NCBI GenBank assembly: GCA_028023455.1 | Contig: JAQFVV010000001.1 | Span: forward strand, 5,704,001 to 5,768,000 | DNA: 64,000 bases | Origin: Epiperipatus broadwayi | Lineage: Eukaryota; Animalia; Onychophora | Direction of reading: 5' to 3' | Shown: piece after piece, positions 1-12,558 of the stretch | Layout of the letters: every line of letters begins with the position of its first letter | Numbering within the stretch: the stretch's first letter is position 1 | Translations under genes and position numbers: made by a program | The notes under the pieces: generated by a model | Seen by the model: the letters and a program-made list of their open reading frames with translations, nothing else | Databases searched by the model: none | What the model was told of the DNA's origin: nothing

Positions 1-254
1 TAATTCAAATTCTCTTTTTCTCCACTTCCAAATGTACAGCTTTTAGTTAAGTCATAGTTAATAGATGTCTCATTGTCTTTTCCGCTCTGCTAGTGGGCCG
101 GATTTAAAATTAATTCTCATGTGCCATCATTGTTATGTTACCCATTAGGTGTTTGATCTGGAGCTTATGGAGTGGGTTCAAATCCAGGTTGGTCCCTGAT
201 CTAAATCTCAGGCTTGACTGGGTTTGAAGTACATTTTGTGAGTTCCAGCTCATG

Positions 255-900
255 TTAGATGGATAAACATGTTTTGACCGATACAACGTGTAACCTTAAA
301 CTGACTTCACTCTTGGTTTTCAAATTTACTAACCAAGTACTAATTTGACTTTGACATTCCTCGATACCATTACATGATTCCAACTTTATATTTTTAAACT
401 CGCTTTTAAGAACATAAAATTGATTTTTAACGATTTCAAATTCTCCTACAATTTTAAATTGATCATGTACCTCTTTTTGAAATTCCACTGACTCAATATG
501 AAAAAATTTTCATCTTCTTAAACTCATCAATTAAAGTTTTATACTGACCTTGATAATTCTGTCATACAGTTTGTATTATTTCCTCAGATTTCCGAGAGCT
601 TATTCTAATTTCATCCAATTGACTCTGAAACATTTTCTCAGCTTTTTGTAAATTTTCATCTACTCTTTCAAACTTTTTTCCTTGGATTTTTTAAAATTCT
701 CATCTATTTTCTAAAATTCTTCCTGATTTTTTAAAATTTTCATTAAATTTTTTATATCTTTCTTCAGCTCTTTTAAAATTCTCATCCATTCTTTTAAACT
801 CTTTTTGAGATTTTTTTTCCTCAGATTTTTAAAAATTCTTCTCTACCTTTTTAAAACTTGATTTCATTCGACTTTGAAAGTCTAGTTTCACTTCTTGTAT
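255..900 (-). pseudogene. Decayed coiled-coil repeat ORF, probably a retroelement gag/ORF1 remnant
   Basis: Minus-strand translation across stops and frameshifts gives repeated units such as FKRMDENFKRAEER, KIDENFKKSKEK and FERVDENLQKAEKMF, followed by the 255-488 ORF fragment. The family is not identifiable. Confidence 0.35.
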
Positions 901-1620
901 CATCATTACTAGATGACCCAGCGCATTTTCAGTTATAACTTTTTCTATTTAAATTTCTTCTATATTACTCATACTTAAATTTATAGTTTCCTCCTTTGTG
1001 TCTACTCAATATATTGACTTTTCGTATCTGGTGACTGCAATTCTTGGGCCCTCCCAAACTGTCACAGATAATATCAAAATTTTCCATTTTAGTAATGGTT
1101 ACAAATTAATTGTAAGTTTTTCTATTCAATTATAATAATAAGGTATCCTGCCTCCATACCATCCCCAATTAGAATCATCCCAAGTTACACCAACAATACC
1201 CTAACCTATCCTACAATAATATAAAATAACAATACTTATATTTTCTATACAGATCTTGGTCCACAGAAATCTTTTAATAGAATTGATTAAAAATGATATA
1301 GATACAAATTTGGTAATCAGATAATATAGATTCAAATAAATAAATAATGACAATAATAAAAAAAAAAATTCAAAGAAATGTTTATAGACTGAAATATTAT
1401 TATGCAAATAACTATAATAGACTCTTATAGTGGTAATAAGATCAGATCATGCAATAAGAAGCATAAATAACTGATGATAATAAAAATAATTAACAAAATA
1501 ATTATTCTGGCAAGCCATACTGCTGGCATAAAACTTGTAAAGCATAATTAACAACAAAATGACTCCAATTGAAGCCAATCAAAGCTCGAGGCCTCATGTT
1601 GAGTGCCAAACTGTAAACAA

Positions 1621-1810
1621 TAGAAGGGGGCATAAAGTAAAGGGGGAAAGGCAAGGAAAGCTAACTAAAACATCCTTCCATCCAATACAAATACTAATCA
1701 CAAAATGTTTTATCGAGACTCTACAAACAATCATCATTCAAAATATGAAGATGATGATATGGCTAAACTCAGTGGGGTTACTGGTTATAATCAATATACT
1801 ACAGAGATAT
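1621..1810 (+). repeat. Dispersed ~190 bp repeat, copy 1
   Basis: Aligns with the reverse complement of 7981-8172; the ORF-track peptides at 1559 and 8043 share RRxHKVKGERxGKLxKTSFHPIQILITK. Confidence 0.8.
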
Positions 1811-3658
1811 ATTGTAATAAAGTTGACTAGTTAAAACTATTAGGGTTCAGAATATCTGAGTTCAGTTAATTTATTTAAATATAATATTGAAGTTAAATGT
1901 AAATACCATATAATTATTACACAGATTAAATTAGATATAAAGTAACTTCTTGAATATATATGTGTAAGTGTATGTGCTTGTAAAATAATTAAGAAAGTGT
2001 TCTTGATAAAAGAGTTAAATTCTAGTTTATTATTTGTTCAGAATAAATGAATAATTAATTTATTAATAAAGGCGTTAAAAATAACGGAATTTAAAATTTC
2101 CTATAAACTGAAAGTGACAATTTAAAATAATAAATATGATTTATTATATTGTTTTACTTCTTAATTCATTAAATATCTTTAATTTAAAAAAAAAAAGTCA
2201 ACTAAAAGTTATTATGTGATCAGAAGAAGTAGAACAAAATGATTCAATTTTTTGTTAATTAGTTCCTTGTATCAATATACATTTTTTGTAGTAGTAGTCA
2301 GTGTTTGGATAGGTGTGTCCAATTAAATGCCTATCATAAACAGGAATATGTACGTTTTTTTATTATATGGGTATGCTGCTATTAATATCTACTCCATGCT
2401 TGTCAAGAAGTGTGCAGCTAATTTTTTTTATGTGCTTACTCTCTTCTCAACCAGAAAAGTAATATTTAATTTTTAATTTTTATTTCAAGTTTAATTTTTT
2501 TTATAATTTTTATTGTTTCTTAGTTTAAAGATATGCACTGCTAGAAAAAAATAATAAGATATTTTGCTTTTATATTCCACTTGATTGGGTCACTGAAAGA
2601 ATTAACACAATATTTAAAGAACTTTTTGCTTTCTACTAATTTTGTTTGTTCAAACTGTGCTTAGACCAAAAGTTAAAGACTGAAAAGGTAACAAGTTTTA
2701 TCTTAATTATGAATGCTTTCACGAACATTGCACTAAATTGTTTTTATTCTACTTATTTACTGTATTTCACCTTTATTCGAATAAGATTGAAAGTAATTAG
2801 GAAAAACTTTGAAATTTACCTATTTTAAAATGCTTTATTTATGATGAACTTAAGTAAAATATATTTATAATTATTATCCTAACATAGACTTTTCAAATGT
2901 TTGCTAACCTAATTGAACAAAAGTTTATTTATGTGTTTATTTAAAGGCAAAAGAATGTTTTGAGTATAATGCGTGAATTTAACATATATACTTTTGTTAA
3001 AGACGAAAAAAAAATTCTGATAAAGATTTTAAAATGCGTGCTTACTTCATTGATAAAAAAAAATTAACTTTTAAATGCGTTTGCTTTATTAGTATATGCA
3101 AAATAATATCCAACTGATAACTTAAGTGACTATATTTAATGCAAATTTTATGAGAGAAAACCGATGACAAGTTATAAATAATGTTATACATTATGAAATT
3201 TATTTTAAAATTATGGAATTTACAAATAAATAATAATTTTTCAATTACTATAGTGAAATGTTGGAGTTAACAATAATATAGTTTAAAGAAGAATTTTTAA
3301 AAATGCAGGAACTGTTTGTATTTGTTTCAATAAGTCACCACGGACAAAAAGTTAACAAAAATTTTCTCTTAATAATTTTTGCTGCTAAAGTCAAAAATAT
3401 TAGTCAAGCTATAGTTGAGTTCATGAAAAATGGATCCAAAATTCTGCAGAAAATATTTATTAAGTGTTACTGTATATGTTGTTTGTTTGTCAGAAAATCA
3501 TAAATGCTTATATCTTATTTCATCATACAGAAATGTGACAAGTATAGATGCGCCGCTCTCAAAGATAGTGTGCTGGATGAAAGGACATCATTATCCCGCA
3601 TCAGACAGTTGCTGTGGAATGAACTTAAATTATGAACTATGGATATATATATAAAAGG

Positions 3659-5175
3659 TACTGTTCTATTAGTTTATGTCAGCTGCTTGATGGTGTTATC
3701 TATATGCAAAAACACATAAATATGCTGTTTATGCAGCTGCCATCAGCCTTATTTCTATGCAAAAGCATAGAAAGAGGCCATTTTGCATGCCGTTCTGGCG
3801 GCCAACCTGCTGCTTCGTGTTATGCACTTTATCCCAATGCACACAGTTCAAAGTTCGCTACAGTATTGTTTGAGGGTGTCTGGACCTAACCCTGTCACAA
3901 CTCTTCAAATATGCATGTCAAAGTAATTAGCTTACAAGTCATTTGACTTACTATTATCTCCTAACAATTGTAAACCCATTGCCACGCTTCCCTACTCAAT
4001 GTGGAACCTTAAAAAATATTCAGAAAGAGTACATCCAAGCAAGATTTTGACCAGCTCATGTTTGCATGAGAACACATCCGTGACATATAAAATGGTGACA
4101 GCAAAAGCAAGCTGTTCAAATTCTGCCAACTGCCATCCACAGTGTTTTTACAGGACAACATACTCCTACATGCCAAGAGATGTGTGAGCGGCAAAATGAT
4201 GAGACTGGAGATGTCCAAAACCATCTCGCAGTTCAGATGTAAGTCCTGTTCCTGTCGGCAAAAGTGTTCTCTTCGAAAGGAGACCTGCTTCGATGGTTTC
4301 AGAATCCCATTTGTTTTGAAAGCCTTAGTGTGAGCCAGGTTCAGGAATGAAGCATGCTTTGGTAGCTTATGTCCATTTCTTTGGTTGGTCCATTTAGGAA
4401 TCGTTCATTCTGGGCATCTCCAGTATTTAACGATTGGCCGATGAAGTATTTTGGGAAGCAATAAAAGAATGTAGACACACAATAACAAGTACTACACAGT
4501 ATTGCAGATACAATCAAACCTTATTAACATTAATATATAGGTATAATATGTTACTATGCTACAAAAAAAACCCCAATCCATTATGAAATGAATAAAAACT
4601 CTTTTTTCCTTAAAGACTTTTAATTAATTTAGATGCGAGTATTATACCAGCATTTTATTGTTTGCATGAGTGATTATTAATAGTTATTGTTGTTGAACTA
4701 TTTATGCACATAGACCTGCTTCTTATTGAATATCTAAATGTATGAAAAAGATCGCACGGTACTTCTCTATTCCAAAGATTAAATTAGCATTGGCACTTTT
4801 AATGCATAATTAATTAATACATATCTGGTTTAATTAAATATACATATATATAAATATAACTTGTCTAATTTATTTACAAATGAGTTCCACCTTACATAGT
4901 AAGGTGAGAGTAAAATTTGAAGAAAAAATTGTTTTGAACTTATTTTAATTTCCATCATCCAACTTTTCATTTATATACATATATTCCACATCATCAACTA
5001 AATAACAAATAAACACTATATCAAACTTGTTCATTTTGTAGATACGCTAACATACATTAATATATAAAGATATTAAAAATTAGTTTTTATGCCGGCAGCC
5101 TGGTAATGTTATATTTCTGTGTTTTTGCATAGCATCAATGCCATCAAGCAGCTGACATGAGCTGATAAAACAGTA
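3659..5175. mobile_element. Non-autonomous DNA transposon with ~65 bp TIRs (TA-flanked, possibly Tc1/mariner)
   Basis: 3658-3723 (GTACTGTTCTATTAGTTTATGTCAGCTGCTTGATGG...AAAAACACATAAATAT) matches the reverse complement of 5111-5176. TA lies at both ends. No recognisable transposase inside. Confidence 0.6.
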
Positions 5176-7980
5176 CTAAAAAAAATAGTAATAATAATTT
5201 ATTACTATTATTCTTGATTATTATCTTTTATTAGTTTTAATATTCTATTAAGGTTTTTTTTATATACAATTTATGATATAAATATACAATTGCTCTGATG
5301 ACAGAGAAAGGTAAAATTATATATTTTCTTTATTTGTTGGCTTAGGGTCAATATTGAATTAAGCTTGTGCAGGTAGAGACACACAACATTTATGAAAAGT
5401 ATTTATTAATATTTTTCCTATGGTAAACAGCCAGTATAACTCATCGGAAACTCATAATAGTATTTTATTTATTATAACATAATTATTTCATTATATGGAG
5501 TTTTCCATATAACCAGGTATATATTTGTTTTATATTTTTGCAATATTTGCCTATGTTTCAGTATGTCCACTTTAGTTTATAGAGAATTTATGCTTTTCCA
5601 TTGAATATGTGTATTTCTTATTATTGCAAATTTTATTATGCTATTTAAAATATTTTATAGTCATTTGACTTATAGTACTGTTGTTGGTTTCAGATAATAT
5701 TTAATGTAGCATTTTTTTTTTTGAGATTGAATATTTATTTCTATAACTTTCAGTATGAGAATTATTTTTATCTTGTCATTGTTTTGCTAGGGATTTGTGC
5801 TTGCTCCCATTTGATCAGTGTGGGAAGCCTTTAGTTGTGTTAAATACTGTCTTCTTGATATTGTGCTTTGGAGGTCCCCATTGTTTATTCCATGAGGGGA
5901 TTATATTATTGATACTTATGATTATTTTATGCTTAATTAGTGTCACTTTAATCCCTAGAGAGGATTATTTTCATGGTAGGCATTCTGTTTCCATGTTGGA
6001 ATGTTGTTTACACATTTATATACCTAGGCAAAAGGTATTGGAATCTACCATGGTATTTTTCCAGCTCTGAGGAGTCATTCTTTATTGTCTTATCCCTCAT
6101 GATGATATTTTCCACCATGTAAGATGAAGGTATCAGTGTTTATAATTGTATGGCAATGATAAGATAGATTTTGAAATCTATAATTGCTTCAGCGACATTT
6201 TTATATCTATAGTGTTTCGCTAAATGAAAATAGTGTATGTTTTGTGCTGCTGCTCGCAATTAAACCAACAAAATTTATTAATCCTTTTAATACTTAGTTT
6301 GTGCATAGCATAATGAGTGATATACATATGCAATATTATTCTGTATACAATATCATGCTATCACCTTCCAGAAGTTATTTGCAGATGGGTTGGTAAGACA
6401 TTTTGATAGTTAAAATAATTTATTATGTGGACATGGGCAAAATTTTAGTATGCTGTATGTATGACTTCTGATGCCTGTTCCCATATGTTTATTATCAATT
6501 ACCTAATGCTAGATAGTAATTGTCTTATTTGTGATTTATATGGTTAATCTGTAGTGTGTCCCAAATGCAACTAATAAAAAAATTACAAGTTAATATTTTA
6601 AGCAATAGTTACTTACTGGACATAGAAGGGTATTTTAAATATAGTTTGTTTTATAATAGTTGAAAAATTTTATTAAATGGTTGTTTAATAAAATAGTTTA
6701 GACTAAAAATATGCCAAAGCCAAGTAGTCAAATATTAAAACAGTTTTGTTTTATATGAGCATATCCTTAAGAATGTCCCACATGTTTGTATCAATAATTA
6801 ATATATTTTCTAGTGAGAAGGCGATTATCTTGTCATTTATTTTACTGCATCCTTGTCTAAAAGTAACAGTGCATATGTTGAGCAGATGGCTTTCTTTGCC
6901 TATGTTGAGCAGATGGCTTTCTTTGGGGAAAAAACATTGTAAATAAATTATGTAATTTTTGTTTTAGACTTGCTGTTTATAATAATAAATGTATTTATTT
7001 TATTAGAATTTAGCCTTTGTTTTTCTATATATGATATCTTGTGTCCTGAATTCTTAACGACATTGCAGAAATCTTGATAAATCAGATAATTCATTTCATA
7101 CAGATCCAAAATCCAAACTTAAGAATGCAAAGATTGCATAAGTATTATACTCTAAAGATTGGAATTTCATTTGGAGAGAATTAAATATTATTTAATTTTA
7201 TTTTGAACTCGTTATTCATTTCAGACTACATATATTTTTTTTTTATTTCACAAACAAAGAATAAATTATTTTAGAACTTGATTTTTTTTTAATTATTATT
7301 ATGTTGTTGAAGAGTAGTAAAAAGACATAAAATGTACCCTTTCTTTCTACTGATTCAAGTGTCATCCTAAGTAAAGAACTTTATTTTCTAAATTTATATT
7401 TATTTTATGTAATTTATTGACTATATTAAATATTTCTTTAGTTATTTGTTATTGTTATTATAATATATTAGGATACATTAGCTTATAAAAGATGTGTATG
7501 TCTCCTATAATCTACTAGGATGCTATTCATTTGTTCAACAGCATAATATGATTATTAGTAATTAAATTATGGAAGAAAGAAATCCTGAGATCATTGTTTA
7601 TCATTTCATAGATTATTTTAATTAATTTTATGTGTACAAAAGTTATTAATGTGCCATAAGAAACTTTGTATAATTCATATTACTATAAGAAAAGTACATT
7701 ATTTTTTATTCAATATGAATATATTGGATCAGATCATGACAATAAACTGACTGGCAACAAATATTTGCTGATTAAGACACAGTGAAGATTTTCATTAGAA
7801 GATTTTATATTCAATAAAAAGTTATCTGCATTACTTAGAAAATGCATTTCAATATATGGAAAGGTGTTTAATTTAGAAATATTGCATAAGGATGAGTGAA
7901 GTTTTTCCTCTTCTTGATTTTTTTTTAATATTACATTAAAAATGCATTTATCACTATTTTGAATTCTTTTATTTTAATGC

Positions 7981-8172
7981 ATATCTCTATAGAATAGTGA
8001 TTATAAGCAGCAACCCCAATGAGTTTAACCATATCGTCATCTTTATATTTTGAATAGTGAGTGTTTATAAAGGTTCTCAATAAAACCTTTTGTGATTAGT
8101 ATTTGTATTGGATGGAAGGATGTTTTAGCTAGCTTTCCATGTCTTTCCCCCTTTACTTTATGTGCCCTTCTA
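7981..8172 (-). repeat. Dispersed ~190 bp repeat, copy 2 (inverted relative to 1621-1810)
   Basis: Direct alignment to copy 1. Confidence 0.8.
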
Positions 8173-8544
8173 TATATAAGCAATTTTGTTATAAAAAACC
8201 CCCAGATATATATATGGTTTCCATATGTAAATGTATATTTCAAAATATTAAACAGATATCATAATTTTATTGTACTGTAGCTCCAACTAAATTTTTTATC
8301 ATTATTTCTATTGAAATATCGTCTGCATTATTTATGATTTCCATATTCATGGGATTATTTCCCACAAAACATATTATGAAATTCATGCAGCAAAGACATT
8401 CTGCATCTTCAATAAAATTGACAGAAGTATGATAAATTATGATTTATATTTTTTAGATGATTAAATGTAATAAAATGAAATAGATTAATTAATACAAAAT
8501 CATAACAGCAAAGTAAAAAATATTTATAAATTTCTTCTACTTAC

Positions 8545-8655
8545 TTGTAGATAAAATAAGAGAAAAAACTTTCTGAAAAAAATCACAAACTCCTGAAGAA
8601 TTTTCTCGAGCATCTTTTATACGACCAAACATAGATTCGTAACTAGGAGGAGGAC
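8545..8655 (-). CDS. TMEM272: Coding exon 3 of a TMEM272-like membrane protein: (G)PPPSYESMFGRIKDARENSSGVCDFFQKVFSLILST
   Basis: Acceptor tacttatAG, donor GTAAGT, 111 nt, phase 1 to phase 1, open frame. The peptide resembles the PPSYxSLFGR...DF...ILLGT segment that precedes the first TM helix of invertebrate TMEM272-like proteins (recalled similarity, not a search). Confidence 0.75.
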
Positions 8656-10115
8656 CTATAAGTAGTCAAAAGATTTACTATATATATATGTCAGCTATTT
8701 AATATTTAAAAATGCCACAAATGATTATCTTATATAATGAGGTTCATTTGTTATAGTAAAATATGTGTGCATATATAGATATAACATATTTTTCACTAAA
8801 TATTGATAATTATTTATTTAAAGCTTTTTTTTAACACATGAAAACATACACACCATGTAAACAATAAATGCATACAAAAAGTACATGTGAATATCAGAAT
8901 GACAAGATAATAATACCAAAAAAAAAAATAGCTCTAATACTAGTCTAAAGTACTCATTTAATAAGATTTAAATAATAGTAATTGAAAAGATGACATTGAG
9001 GAGTAGTTTATATCAAGAGTGCTAAAATTTAATTTGTTTATATTACACACAAAATTTTGTGAAAACAAAACACAACATGCCAACATAAGAAACTGCATTG
9101 TTGAATATCACATATTGTTCCATAAGCAAACAAAAAAATAAGTTAAATAAAAATATTCAGAAACTATATTTAAAGATTAATTTGCATTTTTTTAAAATTA
9201 TAATTCATGAAATTATTAATTAATAGCTAAGCTTACTGCTATCATATTACTAAAATATATGGACAACAAAATTATGATTTAACTAAAATTTTATTAAGTT
9301 CCATTATTACCCCTGTCAAAAAAGCAAAAAAAGAAAAAAAAAGACCTACAATCAAAAAAATTGAAAATATAATTTATGAATTAGCAGTGTTTATATATTA
9401 AACAAAAATTTTAAAAACAAATGATGCGTCCTTAGAATTATTGTTTCCAGTTTGTTCCTTAATGGATATGCTTTCTTCTTGTCTTGTTTTTCTTAAGTAG
9501 TTTTATTTTTTAATTTTATATTTCTTTAAGTTTATACTTTATGATATTGGAATTGAGAATTTACTTGTAAGATGGCAATGAAAAAAAAAAAAAAGCAAAC
9601 CTAGAGATACAATGTTTAACAATAGAGATAATCAATCTTATGTTAATATGATACATTCTACTCTAATGAATAACAATTCTTCAGTTGTGATTTTATAGAT
9701 ATTGTGGAGAAGTTGAAATGATTATCAGTTATTCATACTGCTATATTGAAATTTCCAATTATAGTTCCGAAATTTCAGTACTCAGTTATTCTATATGTAA
9801 AAACATGGACAAAATAATTGAGAACTAATTTGTTTATCAAATTCTTACATTCATTTGAAAATGAACTCTTTTTAAAAAGATTGAAGAATAAATTTAATTC
9901 CATGGAAAATTTTTAATTGAATTACTGAATTGAAATACATAGAATTCTTTGTCATGGAACTGAAAATTTATCATCAATTATTGCAAAAACAGAAGAATTG
10001 AACATAAATAAAGTAATCTGGGTTTTATTATTATTTGCTTTAAATTACAATTTAGCTAAATTATTTTTGAAAAAAGATCTGTATATCAGTCTCTGATATT
10101 TTATTAATAGAAAGT

Positions 10116-10548
10116 TGTTGTATTCATTGTGAGAAATAAACAGCGAGTTTACTAGAGACAATTTACTCCAGAAGTTTTTGATTTATTTTATTGAAAGTAA
10201 AAATAATTATAATGGAAAATAATTATAATTAAAAACAAGTGTGGGATTATTTTTATTAGCGATAAAAATATCTAATTAAAGTAAGAACAATAAAACGAAT
10301 TTGGAAAACACACAATTAAGTTTTCGGAATGTAGCAGATAAGACTTAACAAAAGAATTCAGAGAGATATATAAACTGCTAGAGAAAAACATCACACACTT
10401 GTTACAGTCTTGTTAACAGAAGTGGATATGTAAAGCTATTAAGAGCTATTTGTGGCACAACGGTTTTAAGAGTTGTTCAGCCGAGTTTCGATCAGATTGT
10501 AAGTGTTTTTCTACACCTCTGGAAAAGCTTAGGGGCGAAGACATTACA
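10116..10548 (+). repeat. 5' LTR
   Basis: TGTTGTATTC...ACATTACA, direct repeat of 12126-12558. Confidence 0.95.
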
Positions 10549-10596
10549 AGATTGGCACAGTCTAAGTTTCGAACCTAGTAAAACTTGAAAGAATAA

Positions 10597-12023
10597 GTGA
10601 GACGAGAAAGTCAACCGATACATTTGGAAACAAGTAAAATGTCATTAGGACAAAGCAGTATTCCTGAATTTAGCATTGAAAATGCCGAGGAATGGCCTCT
10701 CTATATAATGCAATTGGAAAATTTTTTCAAGTTAAATGGGATAAAAAATAATGAAAAAAAAAAAGTGGCCACACTTTTATGTTTAGGAGGACGCAAAGTC
10801 ATAGAAATTATTAATAAATTATGGGATGGACCGATAACTGATGGAGTACAGTTTGAAGATATAGTTAAAAAATTAATGGAGTATTTTAGCCCAAAGCCAT
10901 CTAGACATGTAGCTAGATTATAACTCTGAGAAATAGAAAACAAGCCAGGGAGGAAAAAAATAAAGACTATGATATAGCATTAAAACAGCTGGCAAAAAAC
11001 TGTGATTATGGCGAATTTTTAGAAAAAGCTTTGCTGGATCAATTATTGTCGGGAATGTACGATGAAAGATTGCAATAGACATTGTTAACGGAAAGCGACT
11101 TATCATACAAAGTGGCTATTAAAAAAGGAATAACATATGAAGCAGTAATTGAGCAAGCCATAGCTTTTAGAAACAACTCAGAAGAGACCAGAAAGATGGC
11201 AGTTTATAAAACAGATCGAAGTCAGCAGCTGAAGAATGAAAATTTTAACAGAAAGAAAATGTTAACAGTGAAATGTTTCTGCTGTGGTAAAACTGGCCAT
11301 GTATCTAAGAATTGCAAATGGAGAAAAGAAAATTGTTTTAACTGAGGATTTAAAGGACATTTAGCAGCTGTATGCAAAAAACCACGTCAAACAAAATGTA
11401 ATCCAGGCACAGATGATACAACATATACCATTGGCTATGTATCAACTAAGGGACAAAGCATGGCCATGAGAGATAGGACTTTTTCACAAAGAGAAAGACA
11501 GATCACTAAACTACAAGAATTGGAGTCACGTAACCAAAAATTAGCTGCCATGCTTGAGAGAAAGATGCAATCAGAGATACAACTCAACTTGCAATTTAAA
11601 GAACTATCAAAAGAAGTGCACAAATTAAAACTGGATGTTTATGAATTAAATAAATTAAAAAAAGAACTTGAACAACAAAATTCACAATTTAGTAAAAAAT
11701 TACAAAGCAAATTTTCAGAATGTCAAATTTTGGAAAGATCGAACGAAGATTTAAAAAGCGAATTCGCAATGTCAGAATTATCCGAACAGGTAGAGAGTTG
11801 GCAGCAGTATAAAATGGAACTACAGGAAAAGATGGCCGAAAGTGAAAATGAAATTGACACGTTCGAAGATTTTTTAGAACGGAAATCTTTAGACAGTGAG
11901 CAGCCAGAGACAAAAACCGCAGAACAGGAAAAAACCCAGAGTCTCTCCAAGAGAGAGAAAAAAGCATTCAAGGTGGCAAGAAAAAAGAAGAGTTCACACA
12001 ATTTTCAAGGTTATATCGATTAA
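10597..12023 (+). pseudogene. Disrupted gag with two CCHC zinc knuckles, in frame with a 187 aa coiled-coil ORF
   Basis: EEWPLYIMQLENFFKLNGI...KVATLLCLGG is a gag N-terminus. CFCCGKTGHVSKNC and CFN*GFKGHLAAVC are zinc knuckles. ATG 11460 is in frame with ORF 11082. Stops and a frameshift near 10921, and a stop at 11343. Confidence 0.85.
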
Positions 12024-12125
12024 TAGGAAAAATCAAGTTTTCTCCAAGCTGAAAAGGAAACCGCGCATATTGGATAATTATGTGTAACGTAAATAAACTC
12101 TAACTTCTGGAGTGAGGGGAGGAAG

Positions 12126-12558
12126 TGTTGTATTCGTTGTGAGAAATAAACAGCGAGTTTACTAGAGACAATTTACTCAAGAAGTTTTCGATTTATTTTA
12201 TTGAAAGTAAAAATAATTATAATGGAAAATAATTATAATTAAAAACAAGTGTGGGATTATTTTTATCAGAGATAAAAATATCTAATTAAAGTAAGAACAA
12301 TAAAACAGATTTGGAAAACATGCGATTAAATTTTCAGAATGTAGCAGAGAAGACTTAACAAAAGAATTCAGAGAGATATATAAACTGCTAGAGAAAAACA
12401 TCACACACTTGTTACAGTCTTGTTAACGGAAGTGGATACGTAAAGCTATTAAGAGCTATTTGTGGCACAACAGTTTTAAGAGTTGTTCAGCCGAGTTTCG
12501 ATCAGATTCTAAGTGTTTTTCTACCCCTCTGGAAAAGCTTAGGGGTGAAGACATTACA
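12126..12558 (+). repeat. 3' LTR
   Basis: Direct repeat of the 5' LTR, preceded by PPT GGAGTGAGGGGAGGAAG and followed by TSD AAAGT. Confidence 0.95.

Larger units (their letters stand above)
10116..12558 (+). mobile_element. Non-autonomous Ty3/gypsy-type LTR retrotransposon (2443 bp, gag only)
   Basis: Two 433 bp TG...CA LTRs, exact 5 bp TSD AAAGT, PBS-like TGGCACAGTC at 10553, polypurine tract at 12109-12125, gag with CCHC knuckles, no pol. Confidence 0.93.

Noticed and set aside
175-187. GGGTTCAAATCC as a tRNA gene B-box
   Set aside because: No cloverleaf or clear A-box; at best a decayed SINE head.
3659-5175. piggyBac assignment for the TIR element
   Set aside because: No TTAA flanks, and the Cys-containing frame at 4142-4333 does not fit the piggyBac C-terminal spacing.
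5790-6130. GC-richer segment as the autonomous Penelope RT partner
   Set aside because: The three minus-strand translations and the plus-strand ORF show no convincing RT or GIY-YIG motif.
6874-6927. 27 bp tandem duplication (a ~43 bp one also occurs near 37580-37665)
   Set aside because: Ordinary local slippage duplications with no further structure.
8593-8620. CTGAAGA as a hammerhead core
   Set aside because: It is the antisense of the coding exon and has no GAAA or helices.
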